Shown: positions 20,600-31,343, counted from the first letter of the stretch. The stretch is DNA of 64,000 bases from a bacterium (GCA_003252295.1 QKEV01000017.1:34931-98930), one strand, 5' to 3'. A program made the numbers and translations. Notes: generated from the sequence alone by a model not told the origin.

Positions 20600-22054
20600 C
20601 TACGGTTGGGTGGTTTTGTGTTTGTACACCATGAAGAGAATTGGAAGCAGATACATGAGCACGAGGAGCCACCATGGTATCGGTGGTACATCTACAGCAG
20701 CAAGGGGTACCGTACTGAAGAGACTCACCATGCCAAACATGTACCTGAGTATGAGGTAGGTAACAAAACCAAACGGCACAGAGAGAACGATATGAAACAT
20801 TTCAAGTATACCGGTGAGGAACCCGGTGAGCATGACAAACGGAACAACTGGTAAGACAAGTACGTTCACCACTGGCGCAACGAGAGACACTCTCCCCATC
20901 TGAAACAAGAGGAGAGGCAAGACTGCAAGTTGTGTTGCACATGTAGCCAGCACAATCTCACGCAGCGTCCATTGCTCAGGTACCCACAGAAAGAATCGTT
21001 CGAGTTTTGGTGCAATAAGTATGAGCCCCAGTGTTGCTATGAACGACAACTGAAAACCTGGATCGTACACGAGCACGAAAGGGTTCCACAGCACCATGAG
21101 TACCCCTGCAAGCATGAGCGCACGCATGAGCATGTACGGACGTTGTATGAAGACGGCGAGCATACCAAGAATCGCCATCACGCTCGCTCGCACTACCGTT
21201 GCACCTGCACCAACCATTGATGCAAAACTTACAACACTGAAGATTCCTAAACCAAAACCAACAGCCCGAGGTAGCACACCTGTTGCACGCACCACAGCAT
21301 TTGCAATGAGGGTGAGGTTGTACCCTGACAGTACAACAATATGAATGATACCGGTGTCGCGAAACGCAGCGAGCCAATCATCACCAAGTGAACGTTTCGC
21401 ACCCACAACCACACCACCTGCAAGTGATGCTTCTGGTTCAGGTACCCGCAGTGAAAGAGCATCGAGCCAACGTTGCTTGAGTGTAAGCAGGTAGCGTTTT
21501 ACAAGGTTACCCTTCACCTCACCTCCACCCTCAAGTGTTGCGTGTAACAGTTCGTAGTGCACACCATCTTTTTTGAGGTACCCCTCGTAATCAAACACCC
21601 TCCCTGTGTCGGTGGTGAATGACTCAGGTACGTGCACCTGTCCGGTAAAGTGCACCACCTCACCATAGGTGAACTCCGGGTACTGTGATGCACGTGCTCG
21701 GTACAACGTACCACTCTCTTCGACACATAGGGTAAGCAGGGTGTACCCATCACGTTCATCAGGTTCAGCACACACCACTGCCACACCCACCACTTCATCG
21801 CCTTCACGAAACACTCGTCCTTGCATGAACTGATTGTCTGCATACTGTGTACGTAGCACACCTAGAAGCAGGGTGAGTAGAAAAAGTCCAAGGTACAATC
21901 CTCGCCAATGAAACCCAATGAGTGCTCCTACTCCAACACTAAAGAGTGCCAAGAGAAACACCAGTGCTAGCGAGTACTCATCGACAATAAAAAACGAGCG
22001 CCAGAAGACGCCCGTAAGTATTCCAAAACAAGTAACGTAAAAAGATGCACGCAT
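20600..22054 (-). CDS. comEC: ComEC/Rec2 competence channel (OB + Competence domain)
   Basis: FDYEGYL, GIIHIVVLSGYN, VVRASVMA, DPGFQLSF. Confidence 0.93.
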   Translation of the reverse strand: MRASFYVTCFGILTGVFWRSFFIVDEYSLALVFLLALFSVGVGALIGFHWRGLYLGLFLLTLLLGVLRTQYADNQFMQGRVFREGDEVVGVAVVCAEPDERDGYTLLTLCVEESGTLYRARASQYPEFTYGEVVHFTGQVHVPESFTTDTGRVFDYEGYLKKDGVHYELLHATLEGGGEVKGNLVKRYLLTLKQRWLDALSLRVPEPEASLAGGVVVGAKRSLGDDWLAAFRDTGIIHIVVLSGYNLTLIANAVVRATGVLPRAVGFGLGIFSVVSFASMVGAGATVVRASVMAILGMLAVFIQRPYMLMRALMLAGVLMVLWNPFVLVYDPGFQLSFIATLGLILIAPKLERFFLWVPEQWTLREIVLATCATQLAVLPLLLFQMGRVSLVAPVVNVLVLPVVPFVMLTGFLTGILEMFHIVLSVPFGFVTYLILRYMFGMVSLFSTVPLAAVDVPPIPWWLLVLMYLLPILFMVYKHKTTQP

Positions 22055-22059
22055 GGCAA

Positions 22060-22494
22060 CTACCCTTGATCCATTGCCTCATTAGCAAGTGCATCAGCTC
22101 GTTTATTCTCAGCCCGTGGAACATGCTCAAAGGTAACCTCGGGAAACACTGCAACCTGCAGGTTATGAATTTTCATATACTCACCAAAGAGTGATTCCTC
22201 TTTCACCTGGTATACGCCGGAGAGTTGCCTGCAGACGAGTTCCGAGTCCATGCGCACCGTGAGTGAAATGTCCTTGCATTGATTTTTTCCAAAATGTTTC
22301 GCGACCATTTCTAACCCGAGAACAACTGCTGCGTACTCTGCAAAGTTGTTGGTCTTCTCTCCAAGGTACTTGTACGTCTCTTTTACTGTTCCACCCTTTT
22401 CATCGTAGAGGACGGCACCTGCTCCAGCAGGTCCAGGGTTTCCTCGTGCTCCTCCATCGGTATGTAGTATGTAGTGTTTTTTCATTGGGGTCAT
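22060..22494 (-). CDS. rnhA: Ribonuclease HI
   Basis: TDGGARGNPGPAG, TNNFAEY, MDSELV, ENKRADALAN. Confidence 0.95.
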   Translation of the reverse strand: MTPMKKHYILHTDGGARGNPGPAGAGAVLYDEKGGTVKETYKYLGEKTNNFAEYAAVVLGLEMVAKHFGKNQCKDISLTVRMDSELVCRQLSGVYQVKEESLFGEYMKIHNLQVAVFPEVTFEHVPRAENKRADALANEAMDQG

Positions 22495-22613
22495 AGTACC
22501 ACATTCAAACACCACTTCACAAAACATGGAGTCGACACTCGTGCACCGTGTAAAACTTTTTCAAACCTGTTGGGAACCATCCGGGGGAGAGCAGAGAATG
22601 CTCCCAAGCGTAC

Positions 22614-24326
22614 CTAGAGTGTATCTACGAGTCGAAGTCGGAGCTCTTTGCGACCCATGAAATATGATGCCTCGATGTATGCAACAAAGGTGAGTGTTGC
22701 ACAGTCAGTAAAATCTTTCTCTTCAACACTGGTGAAAAATTCTATCGCCTTCACCCGTGAACCATCACTCTTCGCAAAGGTGAGCTCGAGGTGTTCGTTC
22801 CCTTTTCCGAACATGCGCACCTGTACGAGTGGCACCTGCTCAAACTTAAAAAGTGGTTTTGGATTTCCCTCACCGAACGGAGCGAGCTGCTGTACCTCAC
22901 GGTAGGTATCCCAGCTGACCGCATCAATAGTCAAAATCTCATCAACGAACTTCTCTTGCTTCAGGTTACCCACACCCTGTTTCTTATACGCCTCTGCAAG
23001 TGCCATCTCGAGCGTATGCACCTCACCTGCATCGAGTGAAAACCCACCTGAAAATGCGTGACCACCATACTCGATGAAACGACCCTCAACTGCCTGCATG
23101 AGTTCAAAGAGATTACAGACACCATCTGATCGACATGATCCCTTGATCGTATCTCCACCCTCCTTACCCCAGAGGAACACCGGACGATTGTACTCTTGCG
23201 CAACACTACTTGCGACGAGTCCCACGAGTGATGGTTTCCAATCAGGATGACCCATAACAATAACAGATTGGAGGGAGCCACGTTTCGTGAGTCGTCGTTT
23301 CGTTTCACGTTTCATTGTAGCAACGAGCGTTTTCCGTTTCGTATTGATAGTGTCGAGCTCACGCGCCTTCTCCTCAGCAAGGAGTGTATCGGTCGCAGTA
23401 AGTAGTGTGAACGCTTCACCAGCATGTCCCATCCTACTTGCAGCGTTCACCCTCGGTGCAATCGTGAAAGCAACATCGTCTTCAGTGAGCGTACGTTGGT
23501 TTGCTCGTGCACGCTTCAGGAGTGCATGCAGTCCAAGTCGTCTACTCTTACGTAAGACGACCATACCGAAATGAGCGAGCGCTCTATTCTCTCCCACAAG
23601 TGGAACCATGTCAGCCACTGTTGCCATGCCCACCATATCGAGAAGCCACTTCTCCCACCCGTTCACTGGACGTTTCACTTCCTCAATACCATCAAGTGAA
23701 GCGATGAGTGCCTGCACAAATTTAAATGCTACTCCTGCCCCCGCAAGCATCTTCTCTGGATAGTCACACTGCTCTTGTTTTGGGTTTAGTATTGCGTATG
23801 CAGAAGGCGCCTCATGCGGAGGAAGATGATGATCAGTTATGATAACGTCGACACCATGTTCATTCGCATAGGCAACCATCTCTCTATCGGCAATACCACA
23901 ATCAATGGTGATCATGAGTTTCACACCTTCGCCAACCAATGTATCGATGCCACCCTTATTCAAACCAAACCCTTCCTTGTTTCGGTGAGGTGTGTAGTGC
24001 ACCACCTCTGTATACCCGACCATGGTAAAAAAATCATAGAGCACTACAGCACCTGGAATACCGTCCATGTCGTAGTCACTCCACAACACGATCTTCTCTT
24101 TGTGACGCATTGCATCAAATACCCGATCCACTGCCTTCTCCATATCAAACATGAGAAATGGATCATGGATATCACGTTCCCAATCAGGATGCAGAAAATA
24201 CTCAGCTTGTTCTGCATCAGTAATTCCTCGCAGCAAAAGAAGTCGACGGAGAAGAGGTGGGTAGCTGGTGAGTTTATCATCAAACTGCTTATCTAGTAGT
24301 TTAGGTACGTAGTCACTCATGAGCAT
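22614..24326 (-). CDS. recJ: ssDNA-specific exonuclease RecJ
   Basis: DYDMDG, TIDCG, TDHH, PRVNAASR, KGSCRS, GGHAFSGG, APFGEGNP. Confidence 0.96.
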   Translation of the reverse strand: MLMSDYVPKLLDKQFDDKLTSYPPLLRRLLLLRGITDAEQAEYFLHPDWERDIHDPFLMFDMEKAVDRVFDAMRHKEKIVLWSDYDMDGIPGAVVLYDFFTMVGYTEVVHYTPHRNKEGFGLNKGGIDTLVGEGVKLMITIDCGIADREMVAYANEHGVDVIITDHHLPPHEAPSAYAILNPKQEQCDYPEKMLAGAGVAFKFVQALIASLDGIEEVKRPVNGWEKWLLDMVGMATVADMVPLVGENRALAHFGMVVLRKSRRLGLHALLKRARANQRTLTEDDVAFTIAPRVNAASRMGHAGEAFTLLTATDTLLAEEKARELDTINTKRKTLVATMKRETKRRLTKRGSLQSVIVMGHPDWKPSLVGLVASSVAQEYNRPVFLWGKEGGDTIKGSCRSDGVCNLFELMQAVEGRFIEYGGHAFSGGFSLDAGEVHTLEMALAEAYKKQGVGNLKQEKFVDEILTIDAVSWDTYREVQQLAPFGEGNPKPLFKFEQVPLVQVRMFGKGNEHLELTFAKSDGSRVKAIEFFTSVEEKDFTDCATLTFVAYIEASYFMGRKELRLRLVDTL

Positions 24327-24427
24327 CTATTGTACCAGAGGAATGTGCTTGCCTTCCTCCTGTCAACATGTCATCTACATAGAAAACCCCACCAGAGGTG
24401 GGGTACGTAAAAAAAAGAAATGGAAGA

Positions 24428-25726
24428 TTACTTAACTCCTTCAACTAACCACCGCAAGAGTGTCCTTGTGTCTTGCTTCCAATCTTTAGACTGCAACACT
24501 ACGACAGCGATAGGATGCATCTCGTTCCCAAGGGGAACATTAAATACAGAGAGCGACGTCTGTCCTGCCTCATCAGTGTATCCAAGTTTCCCTCCTCGAA
24601 AGTAAGGGTCTGATGAAAGTTTGTTTTGGTTTTCCATACTCCACTCTGCTCCATCCCTGCTTGTTATGGTGACACGCTCCTCTTTGGTGATATCAAGAAT
24701 GAAAGCACTGTTGGTGTAGAGGTGTTCTATAAGCACAAGTAGATCATTCGCCGTCGAGACATTCTTTGGTGAAAGTCCTGATGCATCAGCAAAAGTACTC
24801 TCCTGCATACCGAGTGCACGCACATACGTATTCATGCTACTGATGAAGTAGTCAAAGCCGGCATGTACTGCAAATCGCTGAGCAACATTATTGTCAGAAC
24901 GAAGGAGGAGTGGATAGTACAAATCACTCAAAGTGTAGTATCTGCCGTCTGGTCCCATCACCTCACTACCATGACCAATGACATCGGTTGCTACCGCAGC
25001 TGTTACTAGTTTCGTGATGCTCGCTATAGGGTACCGTGCACCACCATCCTTCACGAGGTAGACCTTTCCTGTAGAAAGATCTTTGAGTGCGTACGCCTGT
25101 GCACTCGTTGCCGGTAAACTTTCAGTTGAAAGTTTAATATCAGAGTTTAGACTGGTTTCTGTAACATGGTACGGCTCAACGACGACGACCATACCTGCTC
25201 GAGCAAACGTGTACACTTCTGCAGCATCACTCGGAGCAAGCTCCACCAAGTTCCCAACAAAATTTTCACTGCCGTCACTAGCACCTACTTTTTCTGGTAC
25301 CCCATGGAGTGCATAGTGATCACCAAACTGAACATAATAAGGAAAAGAAACAAGAGCAACTGATGAAAGCTCCTGTTTCACTTTCTCATCAACCGTATAC
25401 TCTCCCTCGGGCACAACACTCGTTCCACCCTCCCCGTTCGGAACATTCAAAAGTGGATACTGTCCAACCTCAACACTGTCAGCAACAAGCATGAGCGACT
25501 TAGTATCAAAATTAATATCAATGTACGTCCCCTCACGTTCATCCACCTTCACAACATCAAGACCTTCAGTAACACTTGCTTGCATCTCTCCTAGTACCCC
25601 CTCAGTCTCTGCAAATGATCGATGTACTGTCTGTAAAAAAGAAAACAACCCAGCACATACTCCGAGCACCGCAACAATCTTGAGTGAGAAACTCAAACCT
25701 CTACCATCTACTGAAATACTTGCCAT
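24428..25726 (-). CDS. Membrane-anchored fusion: YkuD-like domain + peptidase S11 D-Ala-D-Ala carboxypeptidase
   Basis: N-terminal TM; YkuD-like PEGEYTV...YALHG; S11 motifs ASITK (SxxK), SDN, KLG. Confidence 0.82.
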   Translation of the reverse strand: MASISVDGRGLSFSLKIVAVLGVCAGLFSFLQTVHRSFAETEGVLGEMQASVTEGLDVVKVDEREGTYIDINFDTKSLMLVADSVEVGQYPLLNVPNGEGGTSVVPEGEYTVDEKVKQELSSVALVSFPYYVQFGDHYALHGVPEKVGASDGSENFVGNLVELAPSDAAEVYTFARAGMVVVVEPYHVTETSLNSDIKLSTESLPATSAQAYALKDLSTGKVYLVKDGGARYPIASITKLVTAAVATDVIGHGSEVMGPDGRYYTLSDLYYPLLLRSDNNVAQRFAVHAGFDYFISSMNTYVRALGMQESTFADASGLSPKNVSTANDLLVLIEHLYTNSAFILDITKEERVTITSRDGAEWSMENQNKLSSDPYFRGGKLGYTDEAGQTSLSVFNVPLGNEMHPIAVVVLQSKDWKQDTRTLLRWLVEGVK

Positions 25727-25775
25727 ACATGCTATAGTTTATACGTTGCCGTACTAAGTAACTACATTTTAACAT

Positions 25776-26192
25776 ATGGAAGAAACAATTTTTTCAAAAA
25801 TCATCAAACGTGAGATACCAGCAGACATTGTCTACGAAGACAATGACGTACTCGCCTTTCTTGATATTAAGCCAGTGAGTAAAGGGCACACCCTCGTGAT
25901 CCCAAAAAAGTGGAGTCGGAACATTCTCGATATAGACAGTGAAACTTGGGGGAAAGTCATGGAGGTCACCAGGAAGCTTGCTCCTGCAATAAAGGAAGCG
26001 ACCAAGGCGGATGGTCTGAACATTATCATGAATATCGAGCCTGCAGGTAACCAAGCTGTCTTCCACTCGCACATACACATCTTCCCAAGTCACGACGGGA
26101 AGAAAACTATTGCATGGCCGGAAGGAACTCCCTACGAGGAGGGCGAAGCAACGGCAGTTGCAGAGACGCTACGAAACACACTCGATAGGTAA
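25776..26192 (+). CDS. HIT family nucleotide hydrolase
   Basis: IFSKIIKREIP, AFLDIKP, GHTLVIPK, HSHIH. Confidence 0.95.
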   Translation: MEETIFSKIIKREIPADIVYEDNDVLAFLDIKPVSKGHTLVIPKKWSRNILDIDSETWGKVMEVTRKLAPAIKEATKADGLNIIMNIEPAGNQAVFHSHIHIFPSHDGKKTIAWPEGTPYEEGEATAVAETLRNTLDR

Positions 26193-26283
26193 ACAAGGTA
26201 TATAATTAATTATATAATTTGGTATATACCAAATTATATACCAAAAAACCACGATCTTGTCGTGGTTTTTTATATTTTTTTTC

Positions 26284-26895
26284 TTACACTTCTTGTGTGT
26301 CCTTACTCAAACCAAGCTTCGTTGTAAGAATGAATACCGCGGCAAGCGTTGCACCGATAGCATTCGACACAAGATCAATAGCGGTATTGTAATACCCACC
26401 AACTCCATTGTCCGGAACAGCAAGTACTGCCATAAACTCCACAATCTCATTTATTGCACCAAAACCCATACCCGCAAGAGCAGCTATAAAGACAATCACA
26501 CCAAGTCGCGCACCCTGTTTCAACTGAGGCAAGAGAAGCCAGTACGCAACGAGTGTTGCGGTAAAGAATCCGAAGCAGTGCACTATCTGATCATACCGCA
26601 GCACGTACGCATCACCACTGCCTACGACATGGAAAAAGTGGTACCCGTAGAGTACCCCGTCACCAACTGGCACTGACCCTCCTGCCATGTGCAGTACTGA
26701 CCATACTGAAAGGAGCACCAAGAGCCACATGGGAAACTGTGTCTTACGAATGGTCGACATGAGAAGCACAAGGAGGGCTATCACTTGGACAATGTACGCG
26801 AGAAACTCCCAGTTCCCCCTCAGAGAAAAAATGATAGCAAGTGGAACAAGGTAGAGTGCATTTATTCCTATGAGTATGTAGTGAGAACGGGTCAT
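26284..26895 (-). CDS. DUF2238/YjdF-like membrane protein
   Basis: LHMAGG, RYDQIVH, NEIVEF, NTAIDL. Confidence 0.75.
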   Translation of the reverse strand: MTRSHYILIGINALYLVPLAIIFSLRGNWEFLAYIVQVIALLVLLMSTIRKTQFPMWLLVLLSVWSVLHMAGGSVPVGDGVLYGYHFFHVVGSGDAYVLRYDQIVHCFGFFTATLVAYWLLLPQLKQGARLGVIVFIAALAGMGFGAINEIVEFMAVLAVPDNGVGGYYNTAIDLVSNAIGATLAAVFILTTKLGLSKDTQEV

Positions 26896-26896
26896 A

Positions 26897-28033
26897 CTAC
26901 TTCTGCTTTAAGAGAGCAGTTACCCCTGGAAGTTCACCATCAACGAGATAGTCGAGCATCGCTCCGCCACCAGTTGAGACAAAGTTGAAATGTTCAATGA
27001 GTTTCAATTGACGAATAGAGTCAACAGTCTCTCCTCCTCCTAGTATTGAGTACCCATTACTATCAGCCACCAACTGTGCCACCTCCTCAGTACCCCGACT
27101 ATGTCCTCCTTCAAAGTAACCAAGCGGCCCATTCCAAAGTATGAAATTAGCATCAGCAATCTTTGTACTCAACTCAGCTATTGTCTCAGGTCCTACATCA
27201 ACTATCTTGTCGTCTTTTTGTACACTATCAACTCGCTTCACATGTACCTCTCCCTCGTGTTCAACAACCACATCAACAGGAAGCAGTATCTTCCCACTCT
27301 CCATGAGTTTCTTAATACCCTCTGCACCATCGGAAACGAGTGACGTTCCTACTTCAAGCTCCTCAGCTTTCAAAAAATCATTTGCGAGTGCACCACCAAT
27401 GAACACCGTATCGTATCTCGGTAGTATCGCTTCCAAGAGTGGTTCTTTTGTCTCAAACTTTGCACCCCCTAGTATAAAGAGTGATGGAGACGTTGGTGAA
27501 ATACCTTTTGAAAGTGCTGCAATTTCCTGCTCCACAAGGAGACCTGCAAAAGCAGGTATATACTCCGAAGCGCCAACCATGCTTGCATGCTCTCTATGCA
27601 TATTGCCAAACGCATCATCAACATACAGGTCAGCGAGTGAGGCAAGCGCTTTTGCAAACTCTGGGTCATTAGCCTTTTCACCTTCATTGCTTCGGAGATT
27701 TTCAAGTAGGAGCACCTCACCATCTTTGAGTTCATCAACCACCTTACGTGCCTCGTCTCCCACTACATCATGCACAAACTTAGTAGCAGGGAGAAATTTC
27801 TGCAGCTCAACAAGCACTGGTTCAAGTGAATCCTCTGGGTTCCTACCAAGGTGTGCCATAACAATGACTCGTGCCCCACGTTCAGAGAGCCATTGCAATG
27901 TTGGCACCGCTTTTTCTACACGATAGTTGTCAGACACCTTTCCGTCTTCAATAGGAGTATTGAGTTCGCTTCGAACAAGCACTCGTTTACCCACAATATC
28001 ACCAATGTCTTTTAAGGTTTTAAATGTACTCAT
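26897..28033 (-). CDS. pgk: Phosphoglycerate kinase
   Basis: AHLGR, LLENLR, DAFGNMHREHAS, LGGAK, VSTGGGAML. Confidence 0.97.
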   Translation of the reverse strand: MSTFKTLKDIGDIVGKRVLVRSELNTPIEDGKVSDNYRVEKAVPTLQWLSERGARVIVMAHLGRNPEDSLEPVLVELQKFLPATKFVHDVVGDEARKVVDELKDGEVLLLENLRSNEGEKANDPEFAKALASLADLYVDDAFGNMHREHASMVGASEYIPAFAGLLVEQEIAALSKGISPTSPSLFILGGAKFETKEPLLEAILPRYDTVFIGGALANDFLKAEELEVGTSLVSDGAEGIKKLMESGKILLPVDVVVEHEGEVHVKRVDSVQKDDKIVDVGPETIAELSTKIADANFILWNGPLGYFEGGHSRGTEEVAQLVADSNGYSILGGGETVDSIRQLKLIEHFNFVSTGGGAMLDYLVDGELPGVTALLKQK

Positions 28034-28042
28034 ACCTAGTAT

Positions 28043-28801
28043 CTATACTATTTCTTTAATAATATCCAAAAACTCATTCGCTTTAAGTGAAGCACCTCCA
28101 ACAAGCAAACCATCAACTTTCCCAACTTCTACGAATTCCTTTGCATTGCTCGGCTTCACTGAACCTCCGTACAAAATTGGCACCTTCTGTGCAGGCGCAC
28201 GCCCGTAGAGCTCAGTAAGTACCTTTTGTATGAAGAGCACCATCTCATAGAGCGCAGGTGCATCGAGCGCTTCTTCAGCCCGTTTACCAATAGCCCACAC
28301 CGGTTCGTACGCAATGATGAGCTTTGAGAGGTCTGCACGCTTTACTCCAGCAAGACCTACTTCGAGTTCCTCACGAATAACTCGGAAGTAATCTCCCTCA
28401 TCGCTCCGTTCTGTTTCCCCTACACACATAACCGCAGTACAACCTTCAACTATCGCATGACGCACCTTCTTGTTTACCAGGTCACTACTCTCACCGAGTG
28501 CACGTCGTTCACTATGTCCCAGTATGGTGTACTTTGCCTTGTACCCCTTCACCATAGCTGGTGATACCTGACCAGTCTGTGCACCCGTCTCCTCGTAAAA
28601 CGTATCCTGTACACCGAGCGCTAGTTTCTTGGTTACCCCCAGCTTTGCAAGCTCAGGTAAAAATACAAAAGGGGGACACACCACCGTATCTACCCCACGT
28701 ATTTTTGTAACACCTTTTTTAATACCGTTATAAATTTTCTTTGCTTCTGCTACCTTGGAAGGATTCATTTTCCAGTTAGCAATGACTATCTTTTTTGACA
28801 T
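28043..28801 (-). CDS. tpiA: Triosephosphate isomerase
   Basis: ANWKMN, GHSERR, AYEPVWAIG, YGGSV, LVGGASL. Confidence 0.98.
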   Translation of the reverse strand: MSKKIVIANWKMNPSKVAEAKKIYNGIKKGVTKIRGVDTVVCPPFVFLPELAKLGVTKKLALGVQDTFYEETGAQTGQVSPAMVKGYKAKYTILGHSERRALGESSDLVNKKVRHAIVEGCTAVMCVGETERSDEGDYFRVIREELEVGLAGVKRADLSKLIIAYEPVWAIGKRAEEALDAPALYEMVLFIQKVLTELYGRAPAQKVPILYGGSVKPSNAKEFVEVGKVDGLLVGGASLKANEFLDIIKEIV

Positions 28802-28909
28802 GTACTCATTTTATCATGACCTTCGTACCCTAAAACAAGTTACTGTGACAAAAAAAACACGACCCATACACAATATATATGTACGGGTCGTTACATAACG
28901 ATTTGCATA

Positions 28910-29182
28910 CTACCTCCTCCTCAGATACAAAAACAGTTGATACAGAAGCCACAAGAAGTAGGTCATGACTGCTGGCACCATAAGATTCTTCTGAAAAAAG
29001 ACGAACATACTTCCGAACCCTTCAACAGTATCCAGAAAAAACTTACGAAGCCACACACCTTTTATACCAAGCGATAGTGCAACTTTTCTACAGAGTACGA
29101 ATGTAATGGTGAGTACCATAGAAACTACTACACCATTCCAAGTACCAACGAAGACTGATCTGATCTTATTCATTTTACTCAC
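28910..29182 (-). CDS. Small hypothetical membrane protein
   Basis: Two hydrophobic stretches; overlaps upstream ORF; GGAGG SD. Confidence 0.5.
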   Translation of the reverse strand: MSKMNKIRSVFVGTWNGVVVSMVLTITFVLCRKVALSLGIKGVWLRKFFLDTVEGFGSMFVFFQKNLMVPAVMTYFLWLLYQLFLYLRRR

Positions 29183-29393
29183 CTCCCCTCATTAGGGTCT
29201 CAAATATGCCAACCCACATGAATACCAAAATGCATGTTCCTGAAAAGAGTTGTGCTGCTCGTTTTAGCTTTGGGTACCTTGTTTCAATACTTTCGCATGA
29301 TGAGTACCAGAAGAGAAAAAGCATGAGTGGTGGAAAAGAAACCATGGCAATACGCATGAGCCACTTTCCATACAGCATTTCATATATCCACAT
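29175..29393 (-). CDS. Small hypothetical membrane protein
   Basis: AAGGAGGTGA SD, TTGACT promoter-like site upstream, two TMs. Confidence 0.55.
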   Translation of the reverse strand: MWIYEMLYGKWLMRIAMVSFPPLMLFLFWYSSCESIETRYPKLKRAAQLFSGTCILVFMWVGIFETLMRGGE

Positions 29394-29510
29394 AAGTCAC
29401 CTCCTTGCTTGATATATCCTATCTACTATATAGACATGTATATACTTAAAGTCAAGTACGATTCATGCACAAAAAAAGCCCCTCCGGGCTTCTCTGCTCA
29501 AAAACAGGTA

Positions 29511-29756
29511 TTAGTCGAGCAAACCTGCCTCCTTTAGTGTTTTAAACGCGCCATTTTTGTTAATGGTCTTGATGGCCTTTGTTGAAAGTCGCACTGTTAC
29601 GTACTTCTTGAGCTCAGGAACGTAAATACGGCTCTTTACAAGGTTAACCTGTCGGCGTCGCTTTCCGGTCGGGTTGAACTGAGTAGCACGCACGCGGTTG
29701 CTGTAGCTTCCGCCTACCTGTGATGTCTTTTTTGTTATTGGGCACTGTTTCGCCAT
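29511..29756 (-). CDS. rpmB: 50S ribosomal protein L28
   Basis: MAKQCPITKK...KRRRQVNL...VRLSTKAIKTINK. Confidence 0.92.
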   Translation of the reverse strand: MAKQCPITKKTSQVGGSYSNRVRATQFNPTGKRRRQVNLVKSRIYVPELKKYVTVRLSTKAIKTINKNGAFKTLKEAGLLD

Positions 29757-29793
29757 AAAAGTCCACGTATGTTACCATACAGTGTACGTTTTG

Positions 29794-29997
29794 CAAGAGA
29801 TGCAGTACGTAACTACAAGTACATGATCAATAATCATGATTTAGTCACATAGTTACAACATTGCTCGTGCCCTCCGGGGTACAAGAGATGCAGTATGTAA
29901 CTATAAGATACGTTATTAACATTTGTAAATTGAAGTCATGTGGTTACAACATTGCTCGTGCCCTTCGGGGTACAATAGGTACAATACGTAGCTACAA
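29794..29997. repeat. About 2.3 copies of a ~90-bp tandem repeat containing a UNCG-capped hairpin
   Basis: CAAGAGATGCAGTAyGTAACTAyAAG at 29794 and 29882; GTTACAACATTGCTCGTGCCCTyCGGGGTACAA at 29852 and 29943. Confidence 0.85.
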
Positions 29998-30023
29998 ACA
30001 TGTAGCTTGCAAATAGTAAATAT

Positions 30024-30683
30024 ATGGATCCGACAACACTTTTCTTTCTCATAGTTCTCATCTTCTCGATCATCATCCATGAAGTGAGTCATGGCTTTGC
30101 TGCTGAATATCTCGGTGATCCTACCGCACGTCTTGCCGGACGTCTTACCCTAAACCCTATTCCACACATTGACCCCCTCGGTTCTATCATTATTCCCGCA
30201 CTACTTGTATTTGGAAATTTTGGCTTTCTCTTTGGATGGGCAAAACCAGTCCCCTACAACCCTTATAATCTCAGAAACCGAAAGTGGGGTGAGGCTATTG
30301 TTGCAGCAGCAGGTCCTGGTTCAAACCTACTCTTGGCGCTACTCTTTGGAACTATTATACGTTTTGGTTTTGGAACGCTCTCAAGCACCTTCATACAACT
30401 TGCCGGTATTATTGTGTTCGTGAACGTACTCCTTGCTTTCTTTAACCTGCTCCCTATTCCACCACTCGACGGTTCAAAGCTTCTAAAAGCTATTCTTCCC
30501 TACAAGGCAAACCTTACGTTGCAGAAAATCGAGAGTGTTTTGGTAAGTGGAGGTATGCTACTCATGATCCTGTTCTTCTACCTCCTCTTTAGCGTCTTTG
30601 GTGGAATATTCTTATCCTTCCTCATGTTTATCTTTTCTCTCATTACCGGAGTGTCACCTGTTGCCCTTGGTCTTATAGGATAA
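30024..30683 (+). CDS. Site-2 protease (M50 family)
   Basis: HEVSH, AAAGP, NLLPIPPLDG. Confidence 0.95.
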   Translation: MDPTTLFFLIVLIFSIIIHEVSHGFAAEYLGDPTARLAGRLTLNPIPHIDPLGSIIIPALLVFGNFGFLFGWAKPVPYNPYNLRNRKWGEAIVAAAGPGSNLLLALLFGTIIRFGFGTLSSTFIQLAGIIVFVNVLLAFFNLLPIPPLDGSKLLKAILPYKANLTLQKIESVLVSGGMLLMILFFYLLFSVFGGIFLSFLMFIFSLITGVSPVALGLIG

Positions 30684-30740
30684 ACACTTTAAAGACGTAT
30701 TTATTGCTAATTTGACAAAAATGCGTACAATAAGTCTCGT

Positions 30741-31343
30741 ATGAATGAAGAAACAACACAAGCAAACCTCGTACCAATGGTTATCGAAAAGAGCCAGTTT
30801 GGTGAACGAGCTTTCGACATTTACTCCCGTCTCCTCAAGGAACGTATCATATTTTTAGGAGGACCTATTGATGATTATGTTGCAAACCTTATGGTAGCTC
30901 AGCTGCTCTTCCTTGCATCAGAAGACCCAAAGAAAGACATACAGTTCTACATCAACTCAGGTGGTGGTTCTGTCACAGCTGGTCTTGCGATACTCGACAC
31001 CATGAACTTCATTAAACCTGATGTTTCAACAGTATGTGTTGGTATGGCAGCAAGCATGGCATCAGTACTCCTATCAGGAGGTGCTAAGGGAAAGCGCTTC
31101 GCTCTTCCAAACAGTGAGGTAATGATTCACCAACCATGGGGCGGTGCACAGGGTCAAGCAAGCGACATTGAGATCACTGCTCGACACATCCTTGGTACTC
31201 GTGACCGTTTGAACAAGATACTCTCTGAGAACACAGGGCAGGATATCAAGAAAATTGAAGCAGACACAGACCGCGACTTCTTCATGAGTGCACAAGAGGC
31301 AAAGAAGTACGGCATCATTGATGAAGTGTACAAGACGAAGTAA
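30741..31343 (+). CDS. clpP: ATP-dependent Clp protease proteolytic subunit
   Basis: [33 protein letters not shown]. Confidence 0.98.
   Translation: MNEETTQANLVPMVIEKSQFGERAFDIYSRLLKERIIFLGGPIDDYVANLMVAQLLFLASEDPKKDIQFYINSGGGSVTAGLAILDTMNFIKPDVSTVCVGMAASMASVLLSGGAKGKRFALPNSEVMIHQPWGGAQGQASDIEITARHILGTRDRLNKILSENTGQDIKKIEADTDRDFFMSAQEAKKYGIIDEVYKTK

Noticed and set aside
6140-27926. Long antisense shadow ORFs (e.g. 6140..6859, 27141..27926)
   Set aside because: Ser/Phe-rich mirror frames of real minus-strand genes
29794-29997. CRISPR array
   Set aside because: Only two full repeat units, conserved part about 56 bp, spacer-like parts partly similar, no cas genes; kept as a tandem repeat
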